Source of the DNA: a virus
Lineage: Duplodnaviria; Caudoviricetes
Virus record (IMG/VR): IMGVR_UViG_3300033489_000041
Span: 1 to 32,023 of that record
Strand: one strand, 5' to 3'
Length of the DNA stretch: 32,023 nt
Every line of letters begins with the position of its first letter. Positions within the stretch are counted from its first letter, which is position 1. Shown here piece after piece: positions 27,325 through 32,023 of this stretch. A model generated the notes under the pieces. That model made no database searches, was not told the origin of the DNA, and saw only the letters and a program-made list of their open reading frames with translations. A program made the translations under genes and the position numbers.

Positions 27325-27375
27325 ATCGGGAGGGCTGTCAAAAGCTCTCACAACTATTCACGAGGAGAAAAACTC

Positions 27376-27843
27376 ATGGAAGCACTACAATTTATCGATG
27401 CCGTTTTGTCGCTGTTCCCTGTCGTGGCTGCTGCCGGCCTGCTGATCGCGGCGGCTGTCAACCTGGTCAAGCTCATCAACAGGCTTAGGCCGGGCACCAT
27501 CGCAGACGGCACAGCCGGGCTCGTCTCGCTGATCGTCAACGCAGCGGCCTGGATCTTTCTGTGGTTTGCCGGACCGCGGCTCGGTGACGGCGAGGCCGTG
27601 CAGTTACTCGCAGACATCGGCCAGGCTGCCACGCTCGTGGTCGTGTTGCTTACATCACTGCTGGCAAGCAAGATCGGGCACCTGGTCATGGGTTGGTTGG
27701 GCCTCTCTGTTCACCTGGGCCCCAACGGCAACACGGATCTGGGTTACACTGGCCGTATTGAGCGCGTGCCGACCATCGATCGCATCCTGGAGGACCTGGC
27801 CGTCCAGGGAGATGGTGTGAGAGAGCTGCCCAGAGCGGCGTAG
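27376..27843 (+). CDS. holin-like membrane protein
   Basis: GAGGAG RBS, at least three hydrophobic segments, last gene of the lysis module. Confidence 0.65.
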   Translation: MEALQFIDAVLSLFPVVAAAGLLIAAAVNLVKLINRLRPGTIADGTAGLVSLIVNAAAWIFLWFAGPRLGDGEAVQLLADIGQAATLVVVLLTSLLASKIGHLVMGWLGLSVHLGPNGNTDLGYTGRIERVPTIDRILEDLAVQGDGVRELPRAA

Positions 27844-27862
27844 ATAACTAATAGCAAGCCGT

Positions 27863-27895
27863 AGAGCACCCCCTTGATTGGGGGTGTTCTGTTTT
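27863..27895 (+). terminator. intrinsic terminator of the late operon
   Basis: AGAGCACCCCC-TTGATT-GGGGGTGTTCT followed by GTTTT. Confidence 0.8.
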
Positions 27896-28115
27896 GCTGC
27901 ATGCGACTATGTTGGAATTGTCAATGTGGCGCGATACGTACTAATATCACTGCCTCATTGCCAAAGCGAAGAATTTGACGTATTTGACGTTACACTATAA
28001 CCGAATATGGCTACTCGCCGTCTGTGACATCAAAAAGGTTAACATCGGGGCGTTGGACCGGCGGGGGTGATGGCTTGTTACAGTTTTCTGTGGGCGCGAT
28101 GTCAAGAGTTTGCTA

Positions 28116-28562
28116 TCACTCCTCCGATTCGCGCCTCAGCTCCTCGAAGGTATCCGCGACGCGGTTCATCAGCTCGTAGAGCAGGCGGCGGGTCCGGCCC
28201 GGGTGAGTGGCCAGGCGGTCGCTGAGCATGACGGCCTGGGGGTCAACGCCATAGTAGTCTGCCGGCTTCATAGTCTTTGCCTCGATGAGCCTGTCGGCGA
28301 TCTGCCGGGCAGCGATACCGGGGATGTAGCGGGAGATAGCGGTAGCCAGCGCTTCGAGGGTCGAGTTCCAGGGATTGCGGGTGTCACCCCGCTCGATCAG
28401 GCTGATGTTACTCTGCTCCACCTGGCTCTCCATGGCCAACTGACGCTGCGACAGTCCGGCCCGGCGCCTATAATGTCGTAACAACTGGCCGAGCCGTGGC
28501 AGCTCCTCAAAGGCATCTTCATCGCTGCCCGGAACCACCTCGCCTTCGATGTAATCGCTCAT
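28116..28562 (-). CDS. XRE-family HTH regulator
   Basis: LGQLLRHYRRRAGLSQRQLAMESQVEQSNISLIERG-x3-NP. Confidence 0.9.
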   Translation of the reverse strand: MSDYIEGEVVPGSDEDAFEELPRLGQLLRHYRRRAGLSQRQLAMESQVEQSNISLIERGDTRNPWNSTLEALATAISRYIPGIAARQIADRLIEAKTMKPADYYGVDPQAVMLSDRLATHPGRTRRLLYELMNRVADTFEELRRESEE

Positions 28563-28568
28563 AGCGAT

Positions 28569-28577
28569 ATGATAGCA
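28569..28577 (-). promoter_or_regulatory. extended -10 promoter giving a leaderless XRE mRNA
   Basis: TGcTATCAT ends 6 nt before the ATG at 28562; no SD sequence. Confidence 0.55.
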
Positions 28578-28598
28578 TGGGCCAGACAGATCCGGAAG

Positions 28599-28772
28599 TC
28601 ATGCGACCCGCAGCTGCGGCGCCTCCAGGTATTGCAGCTCGACCATGATGCGCAGCTGCTCTGCCGTCGCCGCACCGCGATAGGATAAGATAAACAAGGC
28701 GTGGAACAGCACCTCGATGAGCGCCTGATCGGATAGTGTGTTTGCGTGGTCGACGGTTGACTGGATGTCCAT
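28599..28772 (-). CDS. 57-aa protein (absent from the ORF track), candidate antirepressor/regulator
   Basis: GGGAG RBS; MDIQSTVDHANTLSDQALIEVLFHALFILSYRGAATAEQLRIMVELQYLEAPQLRVA. Confidence 0.65.
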   Translation of the reverse strand: MDIQSTVDHANTLSDQALIEVLFHALFILSYRGAATAEQLRIMVELQYLEAPQLRVA

Positions 28773-28790
28773 GTGCTTCTCCCGTAAGTC

Positions 28791-28809
28791 ATTCTAGCAC
28801 ATGTTTTCT
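28791..28809 (-). promoter_or_regulatory. extended -10 promoter overlapped by an SOS-box-like sequence
   Basis: TGcTAGAAT (28799-28791). AGAAAACATGTGCT (28809-28796) has two mismatches to GAAC-N4-GTTC. Confidence 0.4.
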
Positions 28810-28862
28810 GATTGCGTTCTGTTTTTCGTAGAACAGTTCACCAATTTTTGGTACGAAGTTGG

Positions 28863-29231
28863 TTAAGGAGAAGTTTGTTCGACGTCCGTCTTGTTTTCGC
28901 GCTCGGCCAAACGCAGTACGTGTGCCAAGATTTCTGCCTGCTCCGCATCGGTGAGCATTGAGAGAGCCTCGATGAGCTTGGACAGCAGCCATGAGCGATC
29001 GTGGAGCCTGATCTCAGTCAGGCCGGCAGCTTGCCGGAAGACTTCTTCGGGCGGCAGGTTGATAGCCCTGGCGATTGCCATGAGTGTTTTCTGATGGGCA
29101 ACACGCCCTTCGTAAATGCGCCTGAGAGTTTGCGACTCGATCCCCAGTCGGCGCGCAAATCCTCGCTCGCTCTCGCCGTCCTGCCGAAAAGCGTTTAGCC
29201 ACCTCGCGAAGTCAGTCGTAGGTTTCATCAC
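28863..29231 (-). CDS. CI-like HTH repressor without peptidase domain
   Basis: SERGFARRLGIESQTLRRIYEG...LMAIARAINLPPEEVFRQAAGL; divergent from the early operon. Confidence 0.85.
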   Translation of the reverse strand: MMKPTTDFARWLNAFRQDGESERGFARRLGIESQTLRRIYEGRVAHQKTLMAIARAINLPPEEVFRQAAGLTEIRLHDRSWLLSKLIEALSMLTDAEQAEILAHVLRLAERENKTDVEQTSP

Positions 29232-29247
29232 TTTGCCCCAGGGGAAG

Positions 29248-29256
29248 ATTGTAACA
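29248..29256 (-). promoter_or_regulatory. leftward (repressor) extended -10 promoter
   Basis: TGtTACAAT on the minus strand. Confidence 0.55.
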
Positions 29257-29276
29257 TCGGATTATGGGTTTGGGTA

Positions 29277-29306
29277 TTGCATAATACAAACGACCTATGA
29301 TATACT
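29277..29306 (+). promoter_or_regulatory. rightward early promoter
   Basis: TTGCAT-18 nt-TATACT with extended TG. The near-palindrome GTATTGCATAATAC (29274-29287) covers the -35. Confidence 0.7.
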
Positions 29307-29312
29307 GATGAG

Positions 29313-29331
29313 TGGTGAATTAGTTTACCAA
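29313..29331. promoter_or_regulatory. operator-like imperfect palindrome, copy 1
   Basis: TGGTGAATTAGTTTACCAA just downstream of the -10; recurs at 29489-29507. Confidence 0.6.
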
Positions 29332-29342
29332 CCGGAGACAGC

Positions 29343-29540
29343 ATGGACAGACAAGATGAACACATAGGTGTGTTGCTCACGCAAGAGCAGCACGAAAAGC
29401 TGGAAGACCTGAAATCCCTTCGGCGCGGACGTGCTGCCTCAAAGAGCGCTATTATCCGCGAGATGCTAGATTATTTTTTTGCTATGCCTGGTGAAGAAGT
29501 TTACCAAATCCTAAATATTCGTACCGGCGGTCAGCAATGA
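29343..29540 (+). CDS. ribbon-helix-helix (CopG/Arc-like) regulator in the Cro position
   Basis: GGAG RBS; IGVLLTQEQHEKLEDL...SKSAIIREMLDYFF. Confidence 0.8.
   Translation: MDRQDEHIGVLLTQEQHEKLEDLKSLRRGRAASKSAIIREMLDYFFAMPGEEVYQILNIRTGGQQ
29489..29507. promoter_or_regulatory. operator-like imperfect palindrome, copy 2
   Basis: TGGTGAAGAAGTTTACCAA, 17/19 identical to copy 1. Confidence 0.55.
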
Positions 29541-29824
29541 CCATCACCCCCCGACACCCCCAGACCCGCACAGCACTAGCTCAGGCCCAGCGCCTGGCCG
29601 ATCTCTTCTGCCCCATCACTGAGGCTCAGCACGCAGCCCACAGGCGTCTCGCGGTCGCTATCGCCTCCGGCAACCTGTACCGCGTCGTTGATGCCATCAA
29701 GGCAGCGCGAACGATTGGGCGCCGCGGTCTCTCAACGCTTGACTGGCGTGAGTGGAGCGGAGCCTGGCTCGACCGCGCCGACCGCGTCATCCTGGCAGAG
29801 ATCGGACTGGAGCGTGCGGCATGA
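29537..29824 (+). CDS. hypothetical protein
   Basis: ATGA-coupled at both ends. Confidence 0.7.
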   Translation: MTITPRHPQTRTALAQAQRLADLFCPITEAQHAAHRRLAVAIASGNLYRVVDAIKAARTIGRRGLSTLDWREWSGAWLDRADRVILAEIGLERAA

Positions 29825-29955
29825 AGCCAAAGAAGACGCGAGCAGAGAAGTCAAACATGCTTAGTAGGTATCCGGGGCGTGGCGAGAAGGCAGAAAAGAA
29901 GCAGGCGAAGAAGCGAAAGATTGCTGAGGCCAGCCGCCGGCGCAACCGGCACTGA
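29821..29955 (+). CDS. 44-aa highly basic peptide
   Basis: GGAG RBS and ATGA overlap; MKPKKTRAEK...KKQAKKRKIAEASRRRNRH. Confidence 0.6.
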   Translation: MKPKKTRAEKSNMLSRYPGRGEKAEKKQAKKRKIAEASRRRNRH

Positions 29956-30053
29956 GCGGCCTGTATGGTTGGCGGTCACCCGAGAAACCGCCGGTAGTGA
30001 GGCTGGCCTGATCGAGCCGGTATCAGCCGAAAGCCAACACAGCAAACCCGGCC

Positions 30054-30109
30054 TCGGGGTAACGGTTCAGCGCTCGTTAGCGCGTGGGTTCAAATCCTGC
30101 AACCCCGAC
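30054..30109 (+). ncRNA. tRNA-like mini-element (acceptor stem and T-arm, no anticodon arm)
   Basis: TCGGGGT/ACCCCGA stem, AACGGTTC loop, GCGCT-CGTT-AGCGC helix, GTGGG-TTCAAAT-CCTGC T-arm. Confidence 0.55.
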
Positions 30110-30178
30110 TGGGAGCCCCTAAGGTTCCATCTCGACTCTCCTCCTGGTGAAGCCGGAGCTGTTGCGGATCAGCTCCGG

Positions 30179-30246
30179 CCCACCGGCGAGCAATCAACTG
30201 CCGGACGGGGGTCTCGGCAAGAGAGAGTTGATTGCTCGCCGGTGGG
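30179..30246. repeat. perfect 21-bp inverted repeat
   Basis: CCCACCGGCGAGCAATCAACT (30179-30199) and AGTTGATTGCTCGCCGGTGGG (30226-30246). Confidence 0.95.
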
Positions 30247-30392
30247 TATCGACCTACTACCGCGGGAGGCGGCCCCCACCGCTGCCTCGAAACACTCAAT
30301 CTGTTGAAGTGCATGGCACTGTGCGCGGGTAAAGATCATGGTTTCGGAGAACAGGCAGGGGGCCGAGTGCCAGGCCCCAAAAATCCCAGGAG

Positions 30393-31532
30393 ATGACATT
30401 GGTAACCTATCTAATCGACAGTAAGGCAGCGATAGCAAAGTCGCAGCAAATCACGCAGGCAATCGATGACGGCCTGCTCCCCAAGCCCCCGACGACAGGC
30501 ACCAGGATCTACAAGTGCGATCGCTGTGATGCCAAGACTCCGCTGACGGTTCCATCGAGGTACGCCAAAGGCCGCGTGTGCGCTGACTGCGCTGCGATGC
30601 TGGAGTGGATCAGCGTCAAGATGCTGATCAATGGCAAGGCGGTGCATATCAGTGAGCCACCCACAATTGGCTACGACCCAACCTGCGGGGTGCAGCCACG
30701 CCAGCGATTTGCGCTCGAGCTGTTGCTTGAGACGTTTTCCGTATGCGTCGAGTTGGAGCTGGAGACCATAAATAAGGGCTATTCACTTGAGCACATGACC
30801 CGCCGTTATATCGAGTGTGAAGGGTTCAACAGCGCTGCCCACATCTACCTGGCAGCGGTCGGTAATTGCGGGCTCGGCAGCAAGACCAACAGCTACACCA
30901 ACATCGATATGGCCTGGCACGCAACAGTGGCCTATGACTACTATGCCCGCCGTCGTTATCCCGTCAAGTTTACCGTCGAACGCCCGCCGGATGCCCCCCA
31001 TCCTTCACCAGCGCCCCGCAGTGATGCGCAGCAGCCAGAGCCTGTAGTTCTACCCCAACAGCTCCAATCGAAGGAAGACATCCTGGAGGCCATAGCAATG
31101 AGCAAAGTTGACCGGAGCCAGGAAAGACTAACCGAATTGTACGAAGCGGTGATCTTCGGCGTAGAGCACTATGAAAAAGAAGAAGCCCGGACAATCTTCG
31201 ACGGCTTCTTCCTGCGAGCATCGCCAAGCGGGGTGTTCGTCCACCTGGCACACACGGAACACCCGAACCACATCACCGTCGGTATGACTGACATGCTTAC
31301 CAATAAGATGGAGTTCTGCTCCAGTCGTGGCGAGCTGAAGGACTTCGCCCACCGCGTCGTTGCAGGCATGGCTCCGTCGACCAATACTCATCTTCCTGGC
31401 ATTCTCATGCAGCAACCTATCCCGGATGATGCGAAGCAAGGGCCGCTCCGGAGCGGCAACAACCAGCATGCTGAAGTGGCGCCCGACGAGCTGCCCCTGT
31501 TTGCTAGGGATAACCCGGAGCCGGCGGCATGA
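30393..31532 (+). CDS. hypothetical early protein with N-terminal Zn-finger
   Basis: CDRC...CADC. The GGAG spacing favours the in-frame TTG at 30399 as the start. Confidence 0.7.
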   Translation: MTLVTYLIDSKAAIAKSQQITQAIDDGLLPKPPTTGTRIYKCDRCDAKTPLTVPSRYAKGRVCADCAAMLEWISVKMLINGKAVHISEPPTIGYDPTCGVQPRQRFALELLLETFSVCVELELETINKGYSLEHMTRRYIECEGFNSAAHIYLAAVGNCGLGSKTNSYTNIDMAWHATVAYDYYARRRYPVKFTVERPPDAPHPSPAPRSDAQQPEPVVLPQQLQSKEDILEAIAMSKVDRSQERLTELYEAVIFGVEHYEKEEARTIFDGFFLRASPSGVFVHLAHTEHPNHITVGMTDMLTNKMEFCSSRGELKDFAHRVVAGMAPSTNTHLPGILMQQPIPDDAKQGPLRSGNNQHAEVAPDELPLFARDNPEPAA

Positions 31533-31990
31533 GCAACGACCTTGCCGCCTACGGCTATACCGAAGCCACTCTCGCCCCCAGCCTGCACCATTGCTCCGAC
31601 AACCTTGTCGACGCGGTGATAGAGCCGCCAGACGTCATTCTCATGTGCTACACATGCCGTACCTACTGGCATACCGGTCTACGACAGACGAGTGCATACA
31701 AATCACTGACGACAGTCATCAACGAAGCAGATAAGCGCTATCCAAAAAGAAAGAGGCGCCACATGAGCCATGCAGCACTCAGCCAAATTGTTGAGTTGTG
31801 CAACATTACAGACATCCTGGGCTGCGGGGGCGAGATCAAGGTCGTATTCAATCGCCATCAATTCACGCTGGTTCAGGACGGACCGGCAGTGGTGGCCAGC
31901 GTCGACGGCGAGCAGTGCAGGTTTGTCGGCATAACTGAAAGAGAAATCAAGAGCGAGTTGTATGCCTGGTTGCCGGGCGCATGGCGCTAG
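31529..31990 (+). CDS. hypothetical protein
   Basis: ATGA overlap; HHC...CYTC. Confidence 0.65.
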   Translation: MSNDLAAYGYTEATLAPSLHHCSDNLVDAVIEPPDVILMCYTCRTYWHTGLRQTSAYKSLTTVINEADKRYPKRKRRHMSHAALSQIVELCNITDILGCGGEIKVVFNRHQFTLVQDGPAVVASVDGEQCRFVGITEREIKSELYAWLPGAWR

Positions 31991-32001
31991 AGGAGGCTTC
32001 T

Positions 32002-32023
32002 ATGCTTAGTCCAGTCGGAACGC
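32002..32023 (+). CDS. start of a gene truncated by the window end
   Basis: GGAGG RBS followed by ATG CTT AGT CCA GTC GGA ACG. Confidence 0.5.

Larger units (their letters stand above)
29956..30392 (+). ncRNA. putative structured non-coding RNA locus
   Basis: Largest gap in a tightly packed genome, filled with at least six stem-loops including a tRNA-like element and a perfect 21-bp stem. Confidence 0.6.

Noticed and set aside
28559-28792. 77-aa minus-strand ORF from the track
   Set aside because: The other frame (28772-28599) has a clear SD and a more protein-like sequence.
30008-30038. Hammerhead ribozyme (CTGATCGA...GAAA)
   Set aside because: The core has an extra base relative to CUGANGA and stem II does not pair.
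30054-30112. Canonical tRNA gene
   Set aside because: Only ~55 nt, with no D-stem, no 7-nt anticodon loop and no CCA; kept only as a tRNA-like element.
29879-30438. ORFs 29879..30307, 30147..30332, 30090..30314 and 30169..30438
   Set aside because: No convincing RBS, low-complexity translations, and they overlap strong inverted repeats.
1-32023. Stop-codon reassignment
   Set aside because: Core genes are full length in the standard code, and TAA, TAG and TGA all end genes at coupled junctions.

Overview
About 32 kb of a GC-rich tailed bacteriophage, probably a temperate siphovirus with an HK97-type head. It looks like most of a circularly permuted genome: the window opens inside a RecT/Bet-like recombinase gene and ends in early genes. 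Gene order: recombination/replication (RecT-like, HTH+DnaD initiator with internal iterons, DnaB), accessory genes, TerS/TerL, portal fused to a MuF domain, prohead protease, capsid, neck, tail (with a -1 frameshifted chaperone, short tape measure and enlarged Dit), a phosphoesterase-tipped fibre-like protein, a four-gene lysis module, a leftward immunity region (two HTH repressors plus a small unannotated ORF), and a rightward early operon starting with an RHH protein. No integrase is visible. The host may be Chloroflexota-like, which is a weak inference from the lysin and lipoprotein style. The strongest leads are: (i) a ~440-nt hairpin-dense non-coding locus at 29956-30392 with a tRNA-elbow-like element and a perfect 21-bp stem; (ii) a lysogeny switch with repeated 19-bp operators and a possible LexA-controlled micro-antirepressor; (iii) a calcineurin-like phosphoesterase in the tail module. 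All family calls come from motif recognition by eye; no searches were run.
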